From Candidatus Omnitrophota bacterium (GTDB lineage Bacteria > Omnitrophota > Gorgyraeia > Duberdicusellales > 4484-171): a stretch of 64,000 nt of DNA. The notes below the pieces were generated by a model. That model made no database searches and was not told the DNA's origin. It was given only the letters and a program-made list of their open reading frames with translations. The stretch is from positions 37,608-101,607 of the forward strand of contig JAHKAJ010000025.1 of the NCBI GenBank assembly GCA_018826075.1. Direction: 5' to 3'. The position numbers were made by a program, and so were the translations under genes. Below, piece by piece: positions 9,105-17,176 of this stretch; within the stretch, counting starts at the first letter, position 1; each line of letters begins with the position of its first letter.

Positions 9105-9234
9105 TCTACTTCGCTCTATAACTTGTAATTTATGGTAGAGCTTCGTAGAAGCTTTACCTTTTCCAGTAATTATTTCTGCGTAGCCCTACCGGCGCTTAAC
9201 TCCTAGAAGGGCGAAGCAGAACCGCCACTTCCGC
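9105..9234. mobile_element. Non-autonomous REP-doublet (REPIN-like) insert at the 5' end of tRNA-Leu
   Basis: 13-bp direct repeat ccgccacttccgc (9092-9104 and 9222-9234) equals tRNA nt 1-13. The 117-bp insert has two oppositely oriented imperfect hairpins and 9/10-matching inverted ends. Confidence 0.7.
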
Positions 9235-9296
9235 GAATACAGGCTGCTTTAAAGCTGATTATACCAAAATAACTGCTTTTTAAGGAATTTTTTTCG

Positions 9297-10094
9297 TTAA
9301 TAATTTATATAATCGTCGACGTCTAGGGGCAGGTGAAGCATTTCCTTGATCCGACGGATCCTCTGATCGGTATAAGGATGGGTCCTGAAATAGGAAAGCG
9401 GCCGGGTTTCTTTCTTATTTTCCTGATAAAGTTTCTCCTGGACTTCTATTCCGGCTTTAGGATCAAAGCCGGCCAGCTTACAATACTTGACTGCCAACTC
9501 ATCGGCATTGAGCTCATCTTCCCGGGAATAGCCCATCAAGATCTGAGCCAAAGCAAACGAAAGGCCTTGAGTAAATTGGGCATCCTGGCGGGTTCCGGCC
9601 GAAGCAACTACTAAAAGATTATAACCCATCAACGCCTGCAGGCGTTTTATGCTGTGCCGGCTGACGATGTGGCTCATTTCATGGGAAAGGACAAAAGCTA
9701 ATTCGTCATCGCTGAGCAGATCAAACAACTCCTTAAATATATAGATATAACCTCCCGGCAAAGCAAAGGCATTGACTTGGCTCTTATCCTGGTCATCTTT
9801 CTCAATAACATAAAAGTAATAACTTATTTCCGTGCGATCGGTAAATTCAACTAATTTAGAAGACACCTCATCCAGACGTTTGAGGTCATAAGGGTTTTTG
9901 GAAATCTCAAACTCCTGAGCGATCTTTTTGGCAATATTGCGGCCCATGGCTACTTCCCGTTCGGTTGAAAAAAGATAAATATCCTGAGTCTGAGTGCCGA
10001 CATTATATTCGCTTGAAATACACCCGCATAAAAACAACAACCAGCAAGTAACCAGTAACGGAAAATTTATTATTCTAAAAGAAAGGCAGGTCAT
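9297..10094 (-). CDS. M48-family zinc metalloprotease (lipoprotein)
   Basis: LCGC lipobox, NAFALPGG, HEMSH, YSREDELNAD and THP motifs. Confidence 0.9.
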   Translation of the reverse strand: MTCLSFRIINFPLLVTCWLLFLCGCISSEYNVGTQTQDIYLFSTEREVAMGRNIAKKIAQEFEISKNPYDLKRLDEVSSKLVEFTDRTEISYYFYVIEKDDQDKSQVNAFALPGGYIYIFKELFDLLSDDELAFVLSHEMSHIVSRHSIKRLQALMGYNLLVVASAGTRQDAQFTQGLSFALAQILMGYSREDELNADELAVKYCKLAGFDPKAGIEVQEKLYQENKKETRPLSYFRTHPYTDQRIRRIKEMLHLPLDVDDYINY

Positions 10095-10630
10095 AAAAAG
10101 TCAGACTTCCTGAACAAAGAGACTAGGGGGCAATCCAGGCTGGCCAGATTTCGAGCGGCCCCTTCCTGGCGATCAACCACGGAGATGGCTTTAACTACTT
10201 TGATGTTTTCCTGCTTTAAAACCTCAATAGCTTTGATCAAAGATCCGCCGCTGGTAGCCACATCATCCACTACCACGACCTTCATACCTTTTTTAAGCTC
10301 CTGGCCTTCGATCAGCTTCTGACGGCCGTGTTTTTTGGGAGATTTACGGATCAAAAAACCTTTCAACTTCTTTTTATGTTTATAGGCAAGAAAACAGACT
10401 CCGCTGACTATCGGATCAGCTCCTAAAGTCGGGCCGCCGATAGCATCAATCTTCAAATCTTTGATCAGCTTAAAAACCTGGCGGGAGATCAGAAATACCC
10501 CTTGAGGGCTTAAGGATACTTTTCTTACATCAATATAGAAGTTACTGACTTTTCCCGAAGCCAGCAAGACTTTTTTCTTAAGAAAAGCTTCACGTTTAAG
10601 TAAAGATAGCAGCTGTTGTTTTTCGCTCAT
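10091..10630 (-). CDS. pyrE: Orotate phosphoribosyltransferase
   Basis: LASGK.S.FYID, RK..KKHG and VVDDVATSGGS PRPP motif; ATG at 10630. Confidence 0.95.
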   Translation of the reverse strand: MSEKQQLLSLLKREAFLKKKVLLASGKVSNFYIDVRKVSLSPQGVFLISRQVFKLIKDLKIDAIGGPTLGADPIVSGVCFLAYKHKKKLKGFLIRKSPKKHGRQKLIEGQELKKGMKVVVVDDVATSGGSLIKAIEVLKQENIKVVKAISVVDRQEGAARNLASLDCPLVSLFRKSDFL

Positions 10631-10637
10631 TGACAAG

Positions 10638-10688
10638 ATTATACTCTAAAAATAAAAAGCTTGCAATGGTTCCTTTCTTTTGTATAAT
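10638..10688. promoter_or_regulatory. Divergent sigma70-type promoters sharing a palindromic -35
   Basis: TTGCAA at 10661-10666 has TATAAT 16 bp downstream on + (10683-10688) and TATAAT 17 bp downstream on - (10638-10643). Confidence 0.6.
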
Positions 10689-10741
10689 GCCTTTTCAAGA
10701 TCATTTAAAGCTTTCATCTATCCAAAAATCGAATATAGTTC

Positions 10742-11866
10742 ATGCTTCGGGAAAAGTTAAAAATACCGCTTAAGTTAATCCTCGTCCTCGGTTTCGTTTA
10801 TTTATTTCTGGTAAGTATCGGTCTTATGGGGGAAGCCTTTAAGGGCTTTGGTAAAGACTTTGCCGAAAGCCTAATCTCAACTACCGCCAATCCCTTTATC
10901 GGACTGTTTATCGGAATTCTGGCTACCAGCATTGTTCAAAGCTCATCAACTACTACCTCAATTGTGGTCGGCATGGTTGCTTCGGGAGTCATGACTATCA
11001 CCAACGCGATTCCGATAATTATGGGTGCTAATATCGGCACTACCGTGACTGCAATGCTGGTGGCAATCGGCCATATCGGCCGCAAAGAAGAATTCAAACG
11101 AGCGGTGGCCGGAACCGCCGTCCATGACTTTTTCAATCTTATCTGCGTATGTTTACTTTTTCCGCTTGAGCTAGCCTTTGGTTTTTTAAGCAAAACTGCC
11201 GGATTTATGGCTAAAATTTTTAGCAATGTCGGCGGAGTAAAATTTACTAGCCCGATTAAAGTTGCCACAGAACCTTTAATAGATCTTATTAAAAAAATAG
11301 TTGAAAAAATAAATGTTTCCGATCATGCCCACTACATATTGCTTTTAGTTATTTCCATTGTGTTTCTTTTCACAGCCCTCTATTTCATTGTAAAAATAAT
11401 GCGTTCACTGGTAATACAAAGAGCCGAAATAGTACTTAGCAATATTTTGGGTAAGCACGCTGTCTTAACTATCATCGCTGGAGCTATTCTTACCGCTATC
11501 GTACAGAGCTCATCGATTACTACTTCTTTACTGGTTCCCCTGGTAGCAGCCGGAATATTAACTGTAGAAATGGCCTTCCCAATAACCATGGGAGCAAATA
11601 TTGGAACCACAGTAACAGCTATGCTTGCCTCCTTTGCCACCGGAAATATATCAGCAATTACCGTTGCTTTTGCTCATCTTCTTTTTAATACCATCGGTGT
11701 TTTCGTGATTTATCCGATAAAGCGTATACGCGCCATTCCGATATTTTTAGCGAAAAAATTAGGCTGGTTAGCCTCGATAAAAAGACGTTACGTTATCTTT
11801 TACGTTTTAATTATGTTTTTTATTCTGCCGGGACTCTTAATTTTTATTTCCCGGTTATTAAAATAA
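10742..11866 (+). CDS. Na+/phosphate cotransporter (NptA/SLC34-like)
   Basis: Two VQSSS...MGANIGTT repeats. Confidence 0.92.
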   Translation: MLREKLKIPLKLILVLGFVYLFLVSIGLMGEAFKGFGKDFAESLISTTANPFIGLFIGILATSIVQSSSTTTSIVVGMVASGVMTITNAIPIIMGANIGTTVTAMLVAIGHIGRKEEFKRAVAGTAVHDFFNLICVCLLFPLELAFGFLSKTAGFMAKIFSNVGGVKFTSPIKVATEPLIDLIKKIVEKINVSDHAHYILLLVISIVFLFTALYFIVKIMRSLVIQRAEIVLSNILGKHAVLTIIAGAILTAIVQSSSITTSLLVPLVAAGILTVEMAFPITMGANIGTTVTAMLASFATGNISAITVAFAHLLFNTIGVFVIYPIKRIRAIPIFLAKKLGWLASIKRRYVIFYVLIMFFILPGLLIFISRLLK

Positions 11867-11877
11867 GGAGGTAAAAG

Positions 11878-12552
11878 ATGTTTAAAAATTTGCTTCAATT
11901 CTGGAAAGGGAAAGATTTCTTAAACGAAGTCCTCGAAGAATTTAAAAAGATGCTTGATGACAGCCAGGTGATGTTTGAGGCAGTCTATAAAAAACTTATC
12001 CTTAATCAGGATGAGCCGGGGTTAAAGGACCGGATCTACTCGATCGACAAAAAAGTAAACCAGCTTCAAAAAGACATCCGCAAAAGAATAATCGAACATC
12101 TCTCGATTCAGCCCTCGGTTGATGTGCCGACTTCCCTGCTTCTGATGAGCGTAGTCAAAGATGCTGAACGCCTGGGAGATTATGCCAAAAACCTTCTAGA
12201 AGTAAGCACTTTCCTGGAAAAACCGATCGACAAGCCTAATCATGACGAACTTTTTAATAATATCGAAGGGGAGTTGCTGGAGCTATTCCAACAGACTAAA
12301 AAAGCCTTTATGGAGTCGGACGAAAAAGAAGCAGCTAAAACTTGGGAATACCAAAAAGAAATCAAAAAACGCTGCGATGAGATAATCCGAAAATTAGCCA
12401 AAAGCAGTCTTTCGGTCAATGAAGCGGTATGCTTTACCCTGATCGCCCGTTACTATAAACGCATAGCCTCGCATTTGACTAATATCGCCACTTCAGTGAT
12501 ACTGCCCTTGACTGAACTTGATTATTTTGACGAAAGGCGAAAAGAAGACTAA
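11878..12552 (+). CDS. PhoU-domain protein
   Basis: D..VN and ERLGDYAKN motifs in a helical repeat; RBS AGGAGG; follows the Na/Pi transporter. Confidence 0.85.
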   Translation: MFKNLLQFWKGKDFLNEVLEEFKKMLDDSQVMFEAVYKKLILNQDEPGLKDRIYSIDKKVNQLQKDIRKRIIEHLSIQPSVDVPTSLLLMSVVKDAERLGDYAKNLLEVSTFLEKPIDKPNHDELFNNIEGELLELFQQTKKAFMESDEKEAAKTWEYQKEIKKRCDEIIRKLAKSSLSVNEAVCFTLIARYYKRIASHLTNIATSVILPLTELDYFDERRKED

Positions 12553-12554
12553 TC

Positions 12555-12716
12555 GGGGACAGGTCCCACTAGAATAGCCCTAATGTTTTCAAGTATTTTT
12601 AGGTCTTTTTTCAATTTTCTAAAATCTCCTAAGATTACCTTCTCATTTTCGATTTTCAGAAAAACCAGCAAATAATCCTTTATTTTATTGGGGTGATTTG
12701 ACTGGGACCTGTCCCC
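12555..12716. mobile_element. 162-bp MITE-like element, copy 1
   Basis: 13-bp terminal inverted repeats GGGGACAGGTCCC/GGGACCTGTCCCC; homologous 162-bp copy at 45649-45810. Confidence 0.8.
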
Positions 12717-14176
12717 AATAGGTCTTTGCTGAAGATATTATCCAGGCCCAAAAGGCATTGGGGATCAAAATACTTCTTCAAAGCTGCCATTTGGTTGATC
12801 TCATCCTGACTATACATAATCTCTAAATAAGCTTTTTTCAGCTTACCGATTCCGTGTTCAGCTGATACTGTCCCGCCTAAGGAAACTGCCAGGCGGCAAA
12901 GTTCCTTAAGATAGCTTTTAGCCAGCTGACTCTGAGAATTGGTTTGCGGTAAAAAATTAAAATGAAGGTGTGATTCACCGATATGGCCAAAATTAAGATA
13001 ACTTAACTTTGCCTCTTGAGAAACTTTTCGGTAATACTGATGCATCTGCTTAAAATTACTTTCGGGAACAGCGATATCTGCAGCAGCCTTAACCTGTTTG
13101 GCCCGGCGTAAAAACTCATTGATCAGCTGGGGTAATTTATGCCTTATCTGATATACCTTCTCTCGTTCTTTAGCGGTTTCGGCGAAAATAGATTGATCAA
13201 GGAAAGCGCCGCTGGTTTCAATTAAACCCTGCCATTTATCGACTAGCGCGTCATACTCCTCTTTATTTTCTGCTTCCTGTTCAAAATAAACTGTGCCTCC
13301 GGCTTTTGGCATGAAAGAATATTCACGGCGCAAAAGATTTAATGAATTCTGATCTAGAAATTCTAGGGCAGCCGGATTCTGTAGGGGCGCAAAATTTTGC
13401 GCCCCTACTTTAATTCTTTCTGTAAATTGCAGGGCTTCTTCTTCCTGAGGGAAAAACAGCAAACCGTCAAAAACTCCAAAAGGGATATTTTGCAAAGCTA
13501 ATTCCAGGGAGCTGATTATACCCAAAGTCCCTTCGGAACCGATAAAAAGATCGATTAAATCCATATTGTCCCTTACAAAATACCCGGCCTGGGATTTACA
13601 GGCCGGAAGATGATAATCAGGGAGTTTAAAATCAAACTGACGGCCGGCGATCTTAAAGTTAAAAACTCTTTTTTGGGAAAAAATCTCACCCCGCCGCAAA
13701 TGAATTGCTTCTCCGGAAGAAAGGAAAATCTCAACTGCCCTGATGTAATTTCGTATCCCTCCCCAGCCAAAACCATGCACCCCTGAGGCAGCAGTTGAAG
13801 CTACGCCGCCGGCTAAAGCCAAAGGTTCGGTAGGTAAAGATCTTAGCGTTAACTTATGTTTTCTTGCTTCTTTTTCCAAATCTTGAAGCGAAACTCCAGC
13901 TTCTAGCTTAGCAGTTTTAGCCTCGGGATCGATCTGGATATTGTCCTTTAAGCCTTCTAAAGATATGATCGCCCCTTCCTGCGGAACACAACCTCCGGTA
14001 GTCCCGGTTCTTCCGCCCGAAGCAGTAAAAGGGATGTTTTTTTTAGAAAGCTCCCGGATTATCGCTAAAAGTTCTTCCTGATTTTGTGGTATATATAAAG
14101 CTGAAGCCGCCCCCTGACGATTAGAAGTATCCTCTAAGTAAGTAAGCAGATCTTTCTGGTTGGTTTTGGAGATCAT
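12680..14176 (-). CDS. FAD-linked oxidase (GlcD/D-2-hydroxyacid dehydrogenase family)
   Basis: GGRTGTTGG, LFIGSEGTLGII, GHIG..HLH.N and GGTVSAEHGIGK motifs. Confidence 0.9.
   Translation of the reverse strand: MISKTNQKDLLTYLEDTSNRQGAASALYIPQNQEELLAIIRELSKKNIPFTASGGRTGTTGGCVPQEGAIISLEGLKDNIQIDPEAKTAKLEAGVSLQDLEKEARKHKLTLRSLPTEPLALAGGVASTAASGVHGFGWGGIRNYIRAVEIFLSSGEAIHLRRGEIFSQKRVFNFKIAGRQFDFKLPDYHLPACKSQAGYFVRDNMDLIDLFIGSEGTLGIISSLELALQNIPFGVFDGLLFFPQEEEALQFTERIKVGAQNFAPLQNPAALEFLDQNSLNLLRREYSFMPKAGGTVYFEQEAENKEEYDALVDKWQGLIETSGAFLDQSIFAETAKEREKVYQIRHKLPQLINEFLRRAKQVKAAADIAVPESNFKQMHQYYRKVSQEAKLSYLNFGHIGESHLHFNFLPQTNSQSQLAKSYLKELCRLAVSLGGTVSAEHGIGKLKKAYLEIMYSQDEINQMAALKKYFDPQCLLGLDNIFSKDLLGTGPSQITPIK
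13381..13408. repeat. GTAG-type REP palindrome inserted in frame in a CDS
   Basis: Perfect 28-bp palindrome gtaggggcgcaaaattttgcgcccctac, translated as VGAQNFAPL(Q). Confidence 0.85.
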
Positions 14177-14191
14177 CGATCGGGATCAAGG

Positions 14192-14869
14192 TTAAAAAGA
14201 AATATTAAAGCTTCCGGATAATGTCTGGCCGCTGACCAGCTCACCCTCAAAATTAACCCAGGTCCTGTCAGTTAAGGGTATATCTACGCCGAGGATCAGC
14301 CCTAAACCTTTGGTCAAATCAGACATGGTTCTTTTGCGGTCTTGCTCCAGCCAATGGATATAGTCAAGTCTTGACCACTTTGCTCCCAGGTAGGGAGTAA
14401 GCCTTAAAAAACTGTAGGAACCTGATAAACACACCTGCCAATCGTCAAGAATGGCTTTGTTCTCTATACCGTTAAGGTCTGTAGAATAAGGATGGACGCT
14501 GATATGCTGAAAACCAAAAACTAATTTTGCCTTTTTCTGGTCATAAAGTTTAAACCGCAGACCGTAACCGCCGGCAAAAGAAGAGTTATAGTCGACTTCG
14601 TCGCTGGATAAGGGATGTTGTTTTAAATTACCGACTCCGATCTTTAAGTCCAAAGCCAGCCAATCGAATAATCCGTAAGAGACCTGCAGGAAATGCTGGC
14701 TGGAGCGCAGGTCTCCTCTCTCCTGTTCAAGTTCACGCTCAAAGACAAGATGAGTTTGGATACCGGTAAAATATTTATTGGCCAGAGGCAGCTTTGTGCC
14801 GTAGGAAGGCGCCGGATAAACCGGGATTGCCGTTAAAAACAAAATCAGAACTAAAAAAAATCGGCCCAT
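14192..14869 (-). CDS. Putative outer-membrane beta-barrel protein
   Basis: Signal peptide, amphipathic beta strands and C-terminal Phe (GSFNISF). Confidence 0.65.
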   Translation of the reverse strand: MGRFFLVLILFLTAIPVYPAPSYGTKLPLANKYFTGIQTHLVFERELEQERGDLRSSQHFLQVSYGLFDWLALDLKIGVGNLKQHPLSSDEVDYNSSFAGGYGLRFKLYDQKKAKLVFGFQHISVHPYSTDLNGIENKAILDDWQVCLSGSYSFLRLTPYLGAKWSRLDYIHWLEQDRKRTMSDLTKGLGLILGVDIPLTDRTWVNFEGELVSGQTLSGSFNISF

Positions 14870-14911
14870 TAACAGCTATTATAGCAAAAGTTTTTAAAGC
14901 GGCAACTAGAT

Positions 14912-14953
14912 AAAAAAAACACATCCGGTTTAAAAAACTTAAACCGGGTGTGT
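14912..14953 (-). terminator. Intrinsic terminator after the pilin genes
   Basis: Stem acacatccggttta/taaaccgggtgtgt followed by a U-run on the minus strand. Confidence 0.75.
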
Positions 14954-14986
14954 CTTGAATTTATCAACAGTGGCCGGAAACCTTAT

Positions 14987-15397
14987 CTAAGGACAAGTCC
15001 CTTCAGCCGGTTCAGGATCTGCTGAACTGAGATGCCAAGCTTCTATGCTGCTGCCTTCGCCATGAGTTGCCTCGGCGCAGAAAGTCGCAGGAGTCACGCT
15101 GTTGTCGGCCTGAGGAACCGAATAAGCCCAATGATCGGCATCTGATAAATCAAGGCTTAACAGCTCGTTAGTATTTCCGGTATCAGTGGTGGTGGTATAA
15201 TTACGTGCTTCGATGCGGTAATTCTTCTCAGCGGCGTAAATCAAACGAAGGTTGGCTTTAGCTCCTTGATCGCGAATTTTCTGCTTAACCCCGATATACC
15301 CCGGTACAGCTATGCCGGCCAAAATACTCAAAACCACAATGACTACCAGCAGCTCAATAAGAGTAAAACTCTTCAGCAAATATCTATTACTTGACAT
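14987..15397 (-). CDS. Type IV pilin-like protein (PilE-like)
   Basis: KS|FTLIELLVV N-methylation motif and a C-terminal Cys pair. Confidence 0.88.
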   Translation of the reverse strand: MSSNRYLLKSFTLIELLVVIVVLSILAGIAVPGYIGVKQKIRDQGAKANLRLIYAAEKNYRIEARNYTTTTDTGNTNELLSLDLSDADHWAYSVPQADNSVTPATFCAEATHGEGSSIEAWHLSSADPEPAEGTCP

Positions 15398-15425
15398 TAA
15401 TAACCGAATTTTTTTATTTTAAAAC

Positions 15426-15845
15426 TTAACTTCCGCCGCAATCCGGACCGCGTAAAGTATGATTCCCGGTACAGTTACCGTCCTGATTATAGATAACCGA
15501 CTGGCCACCATGAGAGGAACTTGAATTTTTAGTAGCCGTAGCTGTGTAGTTATCCGTACCGCTAATAGTAACATTATAATCCCAGTCTTGGTCAAGATCG
15601 ATCTGTTTAAGCTCTACATAATTACCAAGCACAGAGTCAACAGCCCCATCTGCTGCCGCTACATAGGTATCACGTTCGGCCCGGTACATCTTCTCAGCAT
15701 GCGAAATCAAACCTAAAGCAGATTTGGCTTTAGCCACCCTGGCTTTCTCAACCGCGTTAAGAAACTGCGGTATGGCAATAGTAGCCAAAATTCCGATTAC
15801 GATTACTACGATCAAAAGTTCCAAAAGCGTAAAACCCTTTCTCAT
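15426..15845 (-). CDS. Type IV pilin, probably the major pilin
   Basis: MRKG|FTLLELLIV canonical motif, C-terminal Cys pair, own consensus promoter and AGGAGG RBS. Confidence 0.9.
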   Translation of the reverse strand: MRKGFTLLELLIVVIVIGILATIAIPQFLNAVEKARVAKAKSALGLISHAEKMYRAERDTYVAAADGAVDSVLGNYVELKQIDLDQDWDYNVTISGTDNYTATATKNSSSSHGGQSVIYNQDGNCTGNHTLRGPDCGGS

Positions 15846-15886
15846 TTGAAAACCTCCTTTTCTAAAACGCCCCGTGATTATTCATT

Positions 15887-15914
15887 ATTATACCACTCAG
15901 CCTTTACCTGTCAA
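15887..15914 (-). promoter_or_regulatory. Consensus sigma70 promoter for the pilin genes
   Basis: TTGACA-N16-TATAAT with extended -10 TG. Confidence 0.8.
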
Positions 15915-15930
15915 AGTTCTTTAAACCCGG

Positions 15931-17160
15931 TTAACCGCCCAAGCTGGAAAGCTTAAACAAAGGCATAAACAATGATATTACGATTCCGCCGATGACTATC
16001 CCCATAAAAATAATCATCAATGGCTCAAAAGCAGCGATTATCCGTTCAACCCGGGTAGTCAATTCCTTGCGGTAATGAACCGAGACTTTATTAAAAACTT
16101 CGGATATAGTTCCGGTTTCTTCGCCGATCTTAGTCATCTCGGAGATCAACAGCGGAAAAATATTTACCTTTCTTAACTCCTCAGACAGAGAAGCCCCTTC
16201 TTTAACCCTTTCCTGGACAAAGAGAACACTACTTTTTAAGAAACTATTGCCGACACTTTGAGCGGTAATCTCCAAAGCATAGACAACCGGAAGGCCGCTA
16301 TCCAAAAGGATGTAAAGAGTCGAGGTGATCCGCTCAAGAAAAAAAGTAAGTATAACCCTGCCCAAAAGCGGTATTTTAAAACAATTACGGTCCCACCAAT
16401 GGCGCACTGCCGGGCTGTTTTTAGCTAAAAAGGAAAGAAAAACCAAACCGGCTAGACCGATCATAACCATGAAAAAATGTTCAGAAAAAAACCGGCTGGC
16501 GGCAAACATAATCCTGGTCGGCAAAGGCAATTTTACGTTAAACTGATCAAAAATAGTTATAAACTTGGGAAGAATAAATTTTAAAAATACAATAACCGCT
16601 ACAAAAGCGGCAAAAAATAAGATTACCGGATAGACCAGGGCGCTTTTTACTTTACGCTCAAACTCCATGCGCAATTCCAGATAATCGGAAAGCTTTTCTA
16701 AAACAAAGGGAAGGTTTCCCGAAGTCTCCCCGACGTGGACTATCCCCCTCCAGAGGACAGAAAAAATCCTGGGATATTTAGCAATGGCCTCGCTGAAAGA
16801 AAGGCCGCTTTTTATATGCTCACAGATCTTGCGTAAAACCTTTTCCAGCAGCAGACTTTCAGTCTGATAAGCTATGATTTCAAGGCTTCTTAAAAGAGTC
16901 ACGCCGCTGGAAAGAGTAGTCGCCAAATTCCGGGCAAAGAGAGTAAGATCGAATAACTTCACCGAGGAACGTTTCCCGCGTATCCGGGATAAACCGCTGA
17001 TCGGCGATTTTTGGCTGCCTTCTTTCTGGGTAGTTACTGAAACCACAAAAAGCCCTCTTGAACGCAAGCGAGAAACAACTTCCGATTGAGAAAGAGCATG
17101 GGTATTGCCCTTAACCGTCTTGGCTTCTTTAGTTTTAGCGATATAGTTAAATTTAGGCAT
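15931..17160 (-). CDS. pilC: T4P/T2SS inner-membrane platform protein (PilC/GspF)
   Basis: Two GspF domains (GETSGNL...YP; GEETG...EP) and 3 TM helices. Confidence 0.92.
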   Translation of the reverse strand: MPKFNYIAKTKEAKTVKGNTHALSQSEVVSRLRSRGLFVVSVTTQKEGSQKSPISGLSRIRGKRSSVKLFDLTLFARNLATTLSSGVTLLRSLEIIAYQTESLLLEKVLRKICEHIKSGLSFSEAIAKYPRIFSVLWRGIVHVGETSGNLPFVLEKLSDYLELRMEFERKVKSALVYPVILFFAAFVAVIVFLKFILPKFITIFDQFNVKLPLPTRIMFAASRFFSEHFFMVMIGLAGLVFLSFLAKNSPAVRHWWDRNCFKIPLLGRVILTFFLERITSTLYILLDSGLPVVYALEITAQSVGNSFLKSSVLFVQERVKEGASLSEELRKVNIFPLLISEMTKIGEETGTISEVFNKVSVHYRKELTTRVERIIAAFEPLMIIFMGIVIGGIVISLFMPLFKLSSLGG

Positions 17161-17176
17161 TGGCTGTTAAAATAAC

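Noticed and set aside
9092-9234. tRNA intron or split tRNA
   Set aside because: The downstream tRNA-Leu copy is complete, so no splicing is needed; the same holds for tRNA-His.
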